Source: Cycas panzhihuaensis
Taxonomy: Eukaryota; Plantae; Cycadophyta
Assembly (NCBI GenBank): GCA_023213395.1
Contig: CM041465.1
Location: 179,187,741 to 179,251,740, forward strand
Reading direction: 5' to 3'
Length of the DNA: 64,000 bases
Part shown: piece after piece, positions 39,110 to 53,036 of the stretch
Layout: each line of letters starts with the position of its first letter
Numbering within the stretch: position 1 is the first letter of the stretch
Position numbers and translations under genes: made by a program
The notes under the pieces: generated by a model
The model's input: only the letters and a program-made list of their open reading frames with translations
Databases searched by the model: none
Told to the model about the DNA's origin: nothing

Positions 39110-42100
39110 ATGACATCTAGTTTTGGGAATATGATTATTCCTAAATTTGATGGAAATATTTTTCTTAACTGGAGTAGGAGGATGAGGCCCATCCTCATAG
39201 CAAATGAAATGTGGGATATAGTGAGAAATGGTTACAATGACTTAGGATCAAATCCAACCGATAATCGAGAAAGCTACATACAAAGAAAATATCAAAAGAT
39301 AATGAAGCCTTCGCCCTTATGTTTTGCGCTCTGGAAGACCATGTTTTCCCCCGCGGTAGTGAATCCATTAAGTCCAAAGAGGCTTGGGATACTTTACAGC
39401 TTATATACGAAGGGGCCGTGTCCTCTAAACTACAAAACTTAAGAAGTAAGTTCGAAAATTTACGTATGATGCCTCATGAATCAATAACTGAATTTATGAC
39501 CAAGATTCAAGACATAGTTACCAAATGAGGTCCCTTGGGGATACCTTAACCGAACAAAGAGTTGTTGAACGAATCCTTCATGTGTAGAGCCGTTAGACGC
39601 TGAGATGGTAGCTACAAGTATTAGTGTATCTAAAGACCTAAGTACACTTAAAATAGAACAACTTCTCGCTATGCTCATGTCCATAGAAGAGCAACAAGCT
39701 GCCAACGAAACCTTAGAACATGCCTTTGCTACAAAGGCCAACATTCAATCTAATCCTCAAGATGGCACTTCAAAACAAAATGAATCTCCTCTAAGGCGAA
39801 AAGATGAAAACCCTAGAAATGAACCTAGACAAAATCCTCCACGATACCAAGCTCCTCATAATAGACAAGGACGACCCCCACAACATGAAAATTCTCCAAG
39901 ACATTCGAACACTCAAAGAAACCCTAACCAACGAAGACAAGTTGAAAATCATTCTTGCTGTCCACATTGTCATGGGAACCCACAACCTTCTAGAACACCT
40001 CAAAACTATCGTGATCAACCAAGAAATAATCATACTCAATTCTGTGAGGAAAGGGGGAGACCTTTCAACCTTGATCACTCTCCACCAAGGAATCAAAATC
40101 TTAATTATGGAAAAAGAGATCAACTATATTGCACTTATTGTCGTAGAAATGGTCACACTGAAGATAAGTGTTTTTCCAAACATGGACCACCCTCTAGAGG
40201 ACATGTGTCAAATACATCAGAATCTAAAATTAATAATAGGTTATTTCTATCTAGTTTTTCAAACCAGGAAGAAGAGGATGATAGTTGGTACATTGATTCT
40301 GGTTGTTCCACCCACATGACCCATAAAGAACAATTATTTCAAACTTTGGATACAAATAAGAAAGGGTCTATTATGTTTGGAGACAACACTTCTCACCAAT
40401 CGATTGGAAAAGGTAACATTGCCTTATTGACTGATAGTGGTGAATACAAATATTTAAATGATGTTCTATACGTCCCTGCTTTAAGGAAAAACTTACTATC
40501 GGTAGGACAGATGATGGGACAAGACTATAAAATAATTTTTGACAACGGCGAATGTGTCATTAAAGACAAATGACAAAATGAAGCGATTGTTGCTAGGGGT
40601 ATCATGACTAAAGATCGTTTATTTAAACTTACTATCACCCCCTCAGAAACATATGCCCTTAGAACCATAACTACTATGGATAGTGACCTATGGCATCGAC
40701 ATTTCGGTCACCTTAATTATACAAGTTTAGCCCTTATGAAAAGATTAGATATGGTTAATGGCTTACCCCCTATTCATGTTAACAAAGAGTTGTGTGAGGG
40801 ATGCCTTCTTAGAAAACACCATAGAGAAATTTTTCCAGACTTTAGCCATCGGGCATCTACCCCTCTTCAACTCATCTACACAGATATTTGTGGTCCAATG
40901 ACCACTCCCTCCTTGGCAGGTGCCAAATATTTCCTTACATTTATTGATGACTTTACAAGAAAGACTTGGGTGTTCTTTCTCAAATACAAATCTGATGCTT
41001 TTGACCACTTTGTTGACTTCAAAACCTTCGTTGAGCGACAAAGTGGATATCATATCCTCTCCTTAAGATCAGATAATGGGGGAGAATTTACCTCTAATAT
41101 CTTCAAGGATTACTGTATCCAACATGGGATTAGGCGACAACATACCAACCCCTACACCCCACAACAAAATGGTGTAGCTGAAAGGAAAAATAGAACTATC
41201 GTAGAAATGGCACGTTGTATGCTTAAAGATAAAAACTTAGGCCATGAATTTTAACAAGGCACCATACCAGTCTACTTACTTAATCGATGTTCCACAAAAG
41301 TCATAGGGGAAGACACCAGAAGAAGCATGGACAGGTTATAAACCTAGTATCCGACACCTTAAGGTATTTGGCTGTTTAGCCTATGCCCATGTCCCTGACC
41401 AAAGAAGAACCAAATTAGATGATCATAGTGTAAAATGTATCTTTATTGGATATAGTGAATCATCAAAATCTTACAAAGTTTATGATCCCAAATCCCAAAA
41501 AGTTATACTGAGTAGGGATGTCAAATTTTAAGAAGACACCTACTATCAAAATAATCACAAACAACAAAATGACATTACTATTAAGTTTAATGCATCAAAT
41601 ACATCCAAATATGTGCCACCTATGTGGAGAAATTCTCCAGAAACTACTAGGAAAACAACATCACCTCAACCACCATCACAACCGCTATCCAAATGGGTTC
41701 AACGCAATCATGACTTAGGAAATATATTAGATAACAATCGAAGATCTACACGTTCACACAAAGTTAACTTTGCTCTAATGAGTAAGTTACTTGAAAGTCA
41801 TGAGCCTCAAACCTTTGGTGAGGCTAATCAACATGAGTGCTGGCAAAAAGCCATGCAAGAGGAATATAAATCTATCGTTAAAAATGATACTTGGGAACTT
41901 GTAGACTTACCACCAAGAAAGAAAGCCATTGGAACCAAATGGGTTTATAAGACTAAGTTCCACTCTGATGGATCAATTGATAAATATAAAGCTCGTTTAG
42001 TTGCCAAAGGATATGCCCAAAAAGAAGGCATAGACTATACTAAAACGTTTGCCCCAGTTGCTAGAATGGAATCAGTTCGCATGATAATAAGTTTAGCCGC

Positions 42101-43310
42101 CCAAATGGGTTGGCCTGTTTATCAAATGGACGTAAAAAGTGCTTTTTTAAATGGTTATATCTAAGAAGATATCTATGTCTCTCAACCCCTCAGTTTTAAA
42201 GTCAGGGGGGAAGAAAACAAAGTGTATAAGTTAAAGAAAGCGTTATATGGTCTAAAACAAGCACCTAGGGCTTGGTATTCCCGTATAGACACATATCTTA
42301 AAGATCAAGGGTTTGAAAGATCTCAAGTAGATCCAAACCTATACACCAAAATTAAAGGAAATTCGATATTGATCGTAGGACTTTACGTAGACGACTTAAT
42401 TTATACCGGAAATGACTCCCAATTTTTAAGTCAATTTAAAGAAGCTATGTATAAGGAATTCGAAATGACAGACTTAGGTCTTATGCACTACTTCTTAGGA
42501 TTGGAAGTGTGGAAAGATAAACAAGGAATATTTATATCTCAACGTAAATATATATTAGACCTTCTATAAAGATTTAATATGACAAACTATAAACCATTAT
42601 CAATACCAGCAGAAATTGGAATTAAACTCTCTAAGACAGATGACTCAACCTCAGTTGATCCCACTCACTATAGACAACTGATTGGTAGCCTACTTTATTT
42701 AACCTCTACTCGACCTGATATAACATACTCTGTAAGTGTTGTATCTAGATTTATGCAGGATCTAAAGACATCCCATTGGCAAGCTGCTAAAAGAATCCTT
42801 AGATACCTTAAAAGGACTTCAGACTTTGGACTATACTACAAACCTACATCCGAGTTTGCTTAAAGTTACACAGTTGATTAGGTGGTGATATTGATGATAG
42901 AAAATCTACTTACGGTTATGCATTTAGTATGGGATCACAGCAGAGCTTGGAGTACAAAGAAACAAAATACCGCTTCCTTATCCACAAGCGAGAATATAAA
43001 GTCGCGATCTAGGAGCCCGTGAATCAATCAGTTAAGAAGACTCTTACAAGATTTTCAAATTAAACAAGAAGGCCCCACTAAAATTTGGTGTGATAATCGA
43101 GCTATTCAAATGACAAAAATCCAAAGATTCCACGGTAAAACAAAGCACATTGAAACTCAATACCACTTCATTCGGAACTTGTACAAGCGTAAGAGATAGA
43201 GTTGACTTATCAGAATATCAAGATCAAACAATGGATATTTTACAAAGGCCTTGGGAAAAATCAAGTTTGAAAAGTTCAGAGATGATTTAGGAGTCATACA
43301 CATTGGGCTT
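39110..43310 (+). pseudogene. Copia gag-pol polyprotein of element G (stops and frameshifts)
   Basis: Gag IPKFDGNIFLNW; zinc knuckle CTYCRRNGHTEDKC; protease WYIDSGCSTHMT; integrase WHRHFGH..CEGC, DICGP, LRSDNGGEF, PQQNGVAERKNRT; [29 protein letters not shown]; RNase H TKHIETQYHFI. Confidence 0.95.
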
Positions 43311-43320
43311 ATGGGGAGAA

Positions 43321-43649
43321 TGTTGGGAATAATCCCAATGTTTGTGCACTAGCGCCTGTGGCCCCTCAAAGCCACCTTTGAGGGCCCCTAGGGCACCTTG
43401 AGCCGCTCAATAGCGGACCGACCCAGGTCATGTGAGGTACGTATCAACTTATTTATTTTTATATTTTTTCAAACTAACCTTATTTGTTGTGCAGCTAGGG
43501 TGATGGCGCCCGACGCCTCCCCGAATTCTCTATATAAGGGTTGGGAATACCTCCCTGGTGTTTATTAACACCGCCACTCTTTCGGAAATTGTCGTTGTAC
43601 TCAAGATGAAAGTGTCGTGATGTCCTGCTCTGCTCCTCCGGCTCCATCA
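43321..43649 (+). repeat. 3' LTR of element G
   Basis: Matches the 5' LTR, followed by TSD cattc. Confidence 0.95.
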
Positions 43650-43654
43650 CATTC

Positions 43655-43915
43655 AAACTTATTATTTAAAAAATATTGACTGATCTTAGAATACTAAGCT
43701 CTTGGAGCCTATTATAAGCTATACAAATCTTTCTTTAATTGACATACAAGTTGTTCTCTATATCTTTCTATATATCTATGTGGATACTCCATATAAACCT
43801 CCTCCTTAAGATCTCTATTTAGGAAGGCACTCCTAGCATCAAGTTGGTGGAGCTATTATCATCACAGGTCTAATCATCATTATCTTTGCTACTAGAATGA
43901 ATGTCCCCTAGTAAT
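43655..43915 (-). mobile_element. Continuation of Copia C copy 3 RT after the G insertion
   Basis: Colinear with 32832-33110 and 18829-19110. Confidence 0.8.
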
Positions 43916-45949
43916 TATCAGACCATTTTCTTACCATTCTAAAAAGAGGAGTTTTTAAAATTTTTAAGTTTATGTACAAGGATATGAATACAATGAGGGG
44001 GTAGTAGTTATAGGATAGTTGGGTTCTTGGTACTCTAATTGTAAATTGTTATATATAAGTGTCTAAGTTTATCAAATAAGATTAAGTTTATTGTAGGGCT
44101 TAAAGATTCATAAGTATTATTTTCAATATGGGAGGTTTTAATGTGGGAAGCATTGACACATGTAAGAAGAGCTGATGAAGGGAGTTCCAATGCAAGGGAA
44201 AGAAATGGAATAACTTATATTCTTGTAACTTATGTTCCCACAACTAAAGTTCCTATAGATAACTAAGAGTGTGTGTTCAAAGTAATTTTTAAGTGATTAG
44301 TACGAAAGTCACTTGCTAGAAAGCTAAAATAAAATAGTGGGTCCTACTTTGTAACTTTTAAGTGATTTATGGAAAGTGATTCATAGGAAATAAATATCTA
44401 TTATCAAGCCTACAAAATGTTCTCCCATAAAATCACTCTAGCTTGAAGACACGTTTCAAAAATGCTCATCTCATATGAAGTTATTTTGCAAGAAAAACAC
44501 ATATTAGAGAAGGAAATGGATACTATAATAAACCATTCTAGCAATCCACTTTTCCCCAATGCAAGGAGGACTCTTCATTAAGTTTGATCACTAAAGTAGG
44601 AACCAAAAAATACCTTCAATATGGGAAGTTACATGTAATACAGAAAATTAAAATGTTTGTGACAATTAAACATTAAGGTTTTCTTTAAAAATAGTTTTGT
44701 AGATAATTTAGGATGGTTACACATAACTAATACTATAAAATACATCACAAGGAGGAGGAAAGATAGGGGGGTAAGAGGACACCCAATTTGGTTAGTTTAG
44801 TATACCTAGTAACAACTGAGATTTCTACTTTTATTCTTCTTTAATTTGATCTTTCTAGGGTTTCTTCAAAATTTGTATAGCTTATGGCTTTTAAGTTTCT
44901 ATCTACAAGCAGTATGCATGTCATTGCCTCTAAAGGATAAAACCCCATAGTCAATCTGGGGTATTTCATAGCTTTAAACTCTTTATGTTGTATATATAGC
45001 TTATTGTATTCTATATAAAATAGTTTTAAGTTATTAATTTTCTATTAAGTAAAACATAATTATACTTAGTTTACCCAACTATCATATTTAACTTTAGGAA
45101 ACCTAATTTTCTCTTTCTTAGTCTACTCAAATTTGGTGCTATCCAACTAGTTTACTAATATAGTAAAAATCTCATACTATGTATGTGATCCTTTGAAGTC
45201 AGATTTGATTTTGGTCCTAGGTATACTTCTCTTCATTCTTTATTTTCTGTTTTCATCACTTTAAAAAATAGAAAAGTATACAAAAATATAAAGAATCCAA
45301 AATAACATATTTAATCATAATGTTATATTATTATTGTATATATTAAATTTTTTGAGCCAAAAGTAAAGAACAAACTGGAGTAAATCATTCTATAGTTATA
45401 CCCCAATAGTTATGTCTAATGATCATTGAATAATTATAAACCACTTAAATAATAAATTGGGGAGGGCATAACTTCAGAGGTCAATAAATTTGGTGACCAT
45501 ATTAAGGATGATCATCTCCATATCATTTCTATTCTAGTTTTTCATTTATTATAGGAGTCAAGCTTACATTTTATGAAATTAGATAGAAAGCTAAATAGGA
45601 CTTATACCTATTCTCTTAAGGCTTAAGGAGTTAACAAAAATCTTAAGATTCATCCTTAAAAGAAAAACTATTTCCATTGATTTCTTATGTAAAAGGGAAT
45701 TAAAGAGGGGCTAAATTTTTAAGAAGCCTCGGCATCACTTTAACTCTAGCCTTTCCAACTATAACACAACAACTAAATCCACCATAAAATCTACTTCTTT
45801 GGGTGTAATGTAGTCCACTTAACTTGCAAGGGCAATAGATTCCAATCTCATATAAAGCTTTAGAGGCCTGCCCCAAACTCAATGGGGATAGGTCAATGAC
45901 AATAGAATAATATATTGAGAATTTCTTAATGATATGCATGACATTTAAT

Positions 45950-46471
45950 ATAATTGATGTGAATATTATAATTAGGTTATTTATCCACTCATTGATTAAT
46001 AATACAATTACATGGTTTTATACCTTGCCTAATTCTATTATTAGTATTTGGGATGAACTGATGTTATAGTTTAAGAATAAATATAGTAGTAGGAAAACAC
46101 TAGTGATTTTGACAATAGAGCTTTCAATCATGTAGAAAGATGCCATGAAAACAATCACTAATTATGTAGAGAGATTTGAAGACATTGAAGTAGATACTCT
46201 AATTGTGAATAAGCCTTCATGTTTTATCCTATAAAAATGGTTTCTTAATGGATTAGATTATGAAATAAGAATGATGATAGTCTTGAAAGATCCTACTAAT
46301 TACCAACACATGAAGACTCTTATATTGTACTTGGGGTCTCTCATAGATCATTGGGGAAGGTCTTTAATTCCTATAAATTAGAATCCAAAGAAGGAAATAT
46401 TTCTTTCTTAATCTCAACAAAATAAACCAGGTACTTAAGCTACCATAAGGAAGTTACATGATGAAGTTAAG
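45950..46471 (+). pseudogene. Degenerate Gypsy-type gag remnant (continues briefly after 49492)
   Basis: IWDEL..FKNKY and WFLNGLDYEIR-like remnants; possible PBS tggtgcta ~45134; weak. Confidence 0.4.
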
Positions 46472-49400
46472 TGTTAGAAATCATAAATATATAGATCATT
46501 TATGTACATAATAAGCACAAAATGAACAAGCACATAGTAAAATTATTATGGAAAATTTTGTAATAAAAACCCACCATAGAATATATCAATTACATTGATA
46601 TAAAATTCATAAAGTAAAATGGACTTTAGATCCCTTTAAATAGATCCATAAGTGCCTCACATATTACATATGTATTACATCTATTAGCCTATAATAATAT
46701 TATTATATCATGATAATATTTGCATAATAATGTGCCACATTGACATTAGTTAGGTTAAGTAGATAACATGCCTCTCTAATGTCCTCCCTTAATGTGAATG
46801 TAGGGTCTTGAAGTCTTCCCAAGGGTTGGACTAACCTTTATCTTTATCCTTGTTAATAGATACCCTAGTAAGAATAACTTCACTATATCCTAAATTTACA
46901 TGAATCTTAATGAAGTGGTCTTTAGTAAGAGCTTTAGTGAATACGTCTGCAAGTTATTCTTCGCTTAGATAAAACCCAACCTATAACTTCCATTATCTGA
47001 TCTACTTACAAATATAATGGTGTTGAATCTTGATATGCTTTATACGTGCATGAAATTCTAGATTCTTTAAAAAATCAAATAACACTCTAATTATGAGTGT
47101 ATATAATAAGTATATCAAAAGATATTCTAAGAGTATTTAAAAGTCCTTACAACCATACAACTTCCCCTACATTGATACTTGATACTTGGTACTTAGCCTT
47201 TGCAGAAGATAATACTATAGTGGATTACTTTAACCCATTGCCAATACCCAAAATGAATCCTATTGTTGATTTTCTATTTTTTGTATATCCATCCCAATCT
47301 ACATCAGTATACCCATATAAGTTTGCCTCTCCACCATGAAGGTATTCAAGGCCAAGTTTAAGTGTGCCCTTAGCATACTTTAGAATCCTCTTTATAATAA
47401 CCTAATGAGGTTCTTAGGGATTCTACATGTAATGAGATACCAATCTAATAGCATAAGAAATATCAAGGCTAGCATGAGTTAAGTAAATTAAACTCTATAC
47501 CAATTATTAATACAAGTCCTATCTACAACTGGCTTATTTATATCCTTCAAAAGCTTTATGCCCTCTATACATGGTGCCTTCACTAGTTTGTAATCCTTCA
47601 TCTTGAATCTCTTAAGTAAGCTTTTAGCATACCATAATTGTAATATTATAATGTGATAATCCATCTACTTAATCTCAATACCAAAGAAGTAATAAAGATG
47701 AATGAGATTTTTCATATCAAAAGTATATCCCAAGTAGGACTTTATAACTATAATAGTCTTATTACAACTGTTTATAACAACAAGGTTATTAATATATAAT
47801 ACAATAATAACTATTACAATTCCTTTATTTCAAATATAAAAACTTGACTCCAAATATGTTGTTATAAAACCATCTTCCTTCAATCTAGTATCAATCTTAT
47901 CATACAAAGTACATGCCACTTGTTTCATGCCATAAAGATATTTTTTAAAGGGGTATACTAAATGCTCCTAACATTCCTTTATGAAACTAAGAAGTTGAGC
48001 TATGTAGATCTCTTCTTTCAAGTCTTTGTTAAGGAATGTTGACTTCATACCCATTTAATATAACTCCCAACTATATGTATCTATTAAAGCAATGATCAAT
48101 TAGACAATTGACATCTTAGAGATTGGTGCAAATGTCTCATCATAATTAATTCTTTCTTTTTGTTTAAAATTTTATACAACAAATCTAGCCTTGTACTTAT
48201 CTACCTCTCTATTGGAGTGATACTTGACCTTATAGATGCACTTATAACTAACTAGGCTCTTGGATGGAGATAAAAGAACCAAATCCTACATATCATTCTT
48301 CATGATCAAATTATACTTATCCTCTATTGTATCTCTCCATTGTAGATCTTCTTTCTCTTCCTCATAAGAAATAGGATCACTAAAATTATTAGTGTCCACC
48401 ACCAAAGTTTAATTAGCATATTGACTACTTATTCTTTTACCATCTTTAAGATCTTTAACCATCATATCAGAATCCTCAATAGTCATCTTAGCCCATAATA
48501 GAACATAGGGTGTTGTCCATGGCTTGACCAACAATAGCTCCTCATCATTACTCCCACTAAGTCCTACTTTTATTTTTGACATAATATTAGGTTCATGAAT
48601 CTCTATACCTATTGAAGCATGACTTAAAAAGGGAAGAAGTGGAGGATAAAATCTATTTTCAGATGACCTCTTAGTATGATACGTCATTGACTCATCAAAT
48701 TTAACATAATATATATGTACCCACTTGAAATAACAACTTGTTATATCACTATTAAATGATATCAAGGATAGCTCAATGTATATCAAAAAATGACTTTAAT
48801 ATCAATTTGATCTTAATGGTGATTCGATATATTAAGGGTGTCTCAATATAAAGTAAATATAAATATTAATATATCAATTCAACCTTATGCAATATGACAT
48901 TGATATATCAAAAGGCAAAAAATAATGTTGAAATACCTTCATAAGCTGTAAATATAATAATAAAACCATGTGAACCTAAAAAATAGATAATAAAAGACAT
49001 CAAAAGACTTTATTTGATTATTGTACCTTATGGCTATTCTTTCTACTATTAGAGAAGATGATCCTCAATGAAGGGTTAAGTCAACATAACCTGGCAACTT
49101 GTGATCTAAAAAAAACTCTACATAGTGTATGTCTACTTATGCACAATTATCTATTTTGATACTATATTAGAAATCACAAATATATAGATCATTTATATAC
49201 ACAATAATCATAAAATAAATAAGTACATAATAGAATTGATATAAAAAATCTTACAGTAAAAATCCACCATAGAATATATCGATTACATTGATACAAAATT
49301 TGTAAAGTGTAATGGACTTTAGATCCTTTTAAATAGATCCATAAGTGCCTCATATATTACATACATATTACATTCATTGGCCCACAATAATATTATTACA

Positions 49401-49487
49401 CCATATTATTATATCATTATAATATTTGCATAATAATATGCTACATCAATATTGGTCAAGTTAAGTGGATAACATGCCTCTCTAACA
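46472..49487 (-). mobile_element. Element I: internally deleted Copia retaining RT-RNase H between two LTRs
   Basis: LTRs 46472-46781 and 49165-49487, perfect TSD ttaag, decayed PBS 49154-49164, PPT (rc tcctccctt) 46782-46790; RT/RH remnants ~46860-48400 (LADVFTKAL, KYKARFV). Confidence 0.9.
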
Positions 49488-49998
49488 TTAAGTACTAGAA
49501 GCATCAAGCTAAAGGAAAAGAACAGCAAGGTAATATTTCTATTCTTTTGAAACCTAAATTAGAGTCAATAAATCTTTATTTATAAGATGATTTTAATGCA
49601 ATGAGCATAGATGAATGAATCATCTAGCTTAAGCATTTGAATGATTATGGTGATAAATAAGATAAAGCATCTCAATCTGGTTTTAGAAACACAGTGGCCA
49701 CTTTTAATAGTTTATAATAAATTATTATAAACTTTGATAAATCAATAAAATAACAAGTTAGAGGAACTAATTAGAATATTGATGGATATAATGTAGTTCA
49801 TTTTTTATTTGATATTTAACTAATTATAGCAGAAGAATGTGATGAGTGTTAGAATATGTGATACTTTTATATATCTAATATTTAATGCAATAGTAGACCC
49901 ACATAAAATTCCACTCACTAAAAGTATTAATAGATGTAATATGCATGATTATTCATATAAATATCCTATTGGATGATGAAATAACTTAATAGATATAA

Positions 49999-52900
49999 TG
50001 TTAGAAATAAAGATGATAGGATTACTCTAATACCATGTTAAAAATATGAAAATGCAATAATATAAACTCATGAGTATAAAATATCAAACATATAAAGTAA
50101 ACATCATCAAACATAATCATCACTATAAGACACCAAGATTTATATGTGGAAAACCTAATGTGGGAAAAACTATAGGAGAAGGTGGAGTTAGGACTCCACT
50201 TATGATCATAAGGATTACATCTTTCTCCTCTCTTCTTTCTCTAATTCTCAAGTGGTGTGAGTACAAATATATAGTGATAATCACCTCATGAGTAGCCTAT
50301 CATATACAATGAGTCATTATATCATCTAATAGTGGTATAACATTGATATGTATGCATCTCATATATCTCAAAGTAGGTGAATTGTGGGAAGTATATGTGT
50401 ATAATAAGTCCATATTAAACATTATGTTTTAACACCTCCTCATAATATTTGATATCCTTAAATCTTGATCTTGGGTCTTTATGTCTTCATCTTATATACT
50501 AGCACCTATAACCTATAATTGTCATATGTATCATGTATGTAATATCACCTATAATATATTTCCTGTATTCTATATCCTATATCCTGTAATCACCTCATAA
50601 GTAGCTTATCATATACAATGAGTCGTTACATCATCTAATGGTGGGATAGCATGGATATGTATGCATCTCACATATCTTGAAGTAGGTGAATGGTGGGAAG
50701 TGAATGTGTATAATGGACCCACATTGAACATTATGTTTTAACACTCTCCCATAATGTTTAATGTCCTTGAATCTTGATCTTAAGTCTCCATGTCTTCATC
50801 TTGTATGCTGGTACCTGTAACCTATAATTGTCACTTGTATCCTATATGCAGTATCACCTGTAACCTATATCCTATAACCTATTTCCTATATCCTATATCC
50901 TGTAACCTATTTATTATATTTTGTATCCTATAATCTATTTATTGTATCATGTATCCTGTAACCTATTTCCTGTATATTACAGGTGAATTTGTCATACCAT
51001 ATAGCTTGAGAAGAGCTTCTATATTAATCACCAAAATTATCTGTAACATGTAAAAGACCTCTATCTATATGCTCTCTCTATAAACCTATATATGAAGTGT
51101 TTTGTGCACATCTTCATACCTTTACCTGTGTGGTGGCTATTTTTAATCTATATTAAGTTGTCCATCAAATCAAGTAAAGTGATATCTGAGTCCATATAAA
51201 ATAAAATCCATCTACCGAAATACATGGGTGACCAACTATTATAATCACTAGCTTACTAGGAAATTACTTCAAATACATGGTTCATCTTCTTTCCAAATTG
51301 CTTGTAGGACTGATAAAGTTTCATCAGTTAGATTAGGTTGACAGTTAGATCATCTTGAACAATCAACTCTAAGACCATGTTGAATCACTTAATAATGGTA
51401 AGTTAATTGTAATAAGGAAATTGTACTAATATCTAACTAAATAATATAAATTACTTCAATATCTAGGTGATATGTATATTTGTTTAGGGTTTTTGTTATA
51501 TGCTAAACCAAATATGATGTTGTAAAGGGGGAAATCAATAACCAGCATATCAAGGATATATTATATCATAAATCCATCAAATATGTCTTACTTAATTAAA
51601 ATTTTCTAATTGAAATTTGCCTCAAAATGTCATAAATAGGCCTTAAAATACTTGATGTTAAACTAAACTTTAATAATCATCCACCATTCTTCAAAAATAA
51701 ATTCACCACCATGTTTAGAGCCATGAAAAAGATTAGAATTGACTAAAATTTTAGAAAAAGATAAAGCTCAAATAGCTTGGATATAAAAGTCAACTTGAGT
51801 GGTAAATATCTCCCTCAAATTAGCTCCAAATCTAGCTAAATTTGATTCCAAATTGTAGAGCTCTAAATCAAATTTTGAATACTTTAGATGATTTGCAAAT
51901 TGAATAAATAGTTATAGAAATAATCCAGGTAACTTTTTTGAGCTTTATGTAAGCTACATGCAAATACAGATAACTAAAGTAGGAATGTAGAACCTTAACA
52001 GAGGATCAAATGGACTTGGAATGAGACAAAATTTTAGAAAAAGAGACACAATAATGATAGGTACCTAGTAGAATTAGAAGTTTTGAAAAAAAAAAAAAAA
52101 GACTCTCATTGAGGAGAATAGAGCTATGGAAGTCTAGGGTTTTTTGTAGACTATACAATGAAGAATAGAGCTAAAAATAGCTAAAAAACTTCAGACAGCT
52201 CATATGTCAGGCATTGGAAATGGGTGTGGGACTGCTACAAACCCTAGTAATGCTCCAACAATTAATAATCATCAGTAATATGATTGCAACAAGCAAAAAA
52301 TATGATTTTTCACACGTTTTCTTCAACAAAATTAAGTAAAACCCCAAATGGATGCAAACGAGCTTTAAAATCTACTGTGGGAGGCTAAAATCTCTCAAAA
52401 CCAATTGTGTATGAGCTCCAGCACTGCATGCTTCAAATATAGGCACCAACATGTATGAATGAAATATCCACATAAAATCACATATAAACATACCATCAGT
52501 ATCGATTGTGTCTTATGTATGTGACTTGATAGGCTTGAAGTAGATAAGCAAGATCTTCACCTTGCCATAGTAGCTTGGATGTAGCACTACTCTAATACAT
52601 TGTTAGAAATAGAGATGACAGGATTGCTCTGATACCATGTTAAAAATATGAAGATACACTAATATAAACTCATGAGTATAAAATATCAAACATATAAAGT
52701 AAATATGATCAAACATAATCATCACCACAAGACATCAAGATTTATACGTAGAAAACCCAATGCGGGAAAAATCATGGAAGAAGGTAGAGTTAGGACTCCG
52801 CTTATAATCATAAGGATTACATCTTTCTCCTCTCTTATTTCTCTAGTTCTCAAGTGGTGTGAGTACAGATATATAATGATAATCATCTCATGAGTAGCAT

Positions 52901-53036
52901 ATCATATACAAGGAGCTATTACATTATCTAATAGTGGGATAACATCGATATATATGTATCTTATATATCTCGAAGTAGGTGAATAGAGGGAGGCGTATGT
53001 GTAAAATAAGTCCACATTAAACATTATATTTTAACA
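49999..53036 (-). mobile_element. Element F: non-autonomous non-coding LTR element inserted in the 5' LTR of E2
   Basis: 436-bp LTRs 49999-50434 and 52601-53036, perfect TSD tataa, decayed PBS 52589-52600, PPT after 50434. Confidence 0.92.
50279..50897. repeat. ~310-bp tandem duplication of U3/PPT/3' internal segment in F
   Basis: aatcacctcat.agtagc...ttttaacac..c.cataat...cttgatctt at 50279 and 50588. Confidence 0.85.

Larger units (their letters stand above)
35274..43649 (+). mobile_element. Element G: young full-length Ty1/Copia LTR retrotransposon with a 3.5-kb 5' leader
   Basis: LTRs 35274-35609 and 43321-43649 (TG..CA, highly similar), perfect TSD cattc, PBS tggtatcagagc 35612-35623, PPT ggggagaa 43313-43320. 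Confidence 0.97.
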
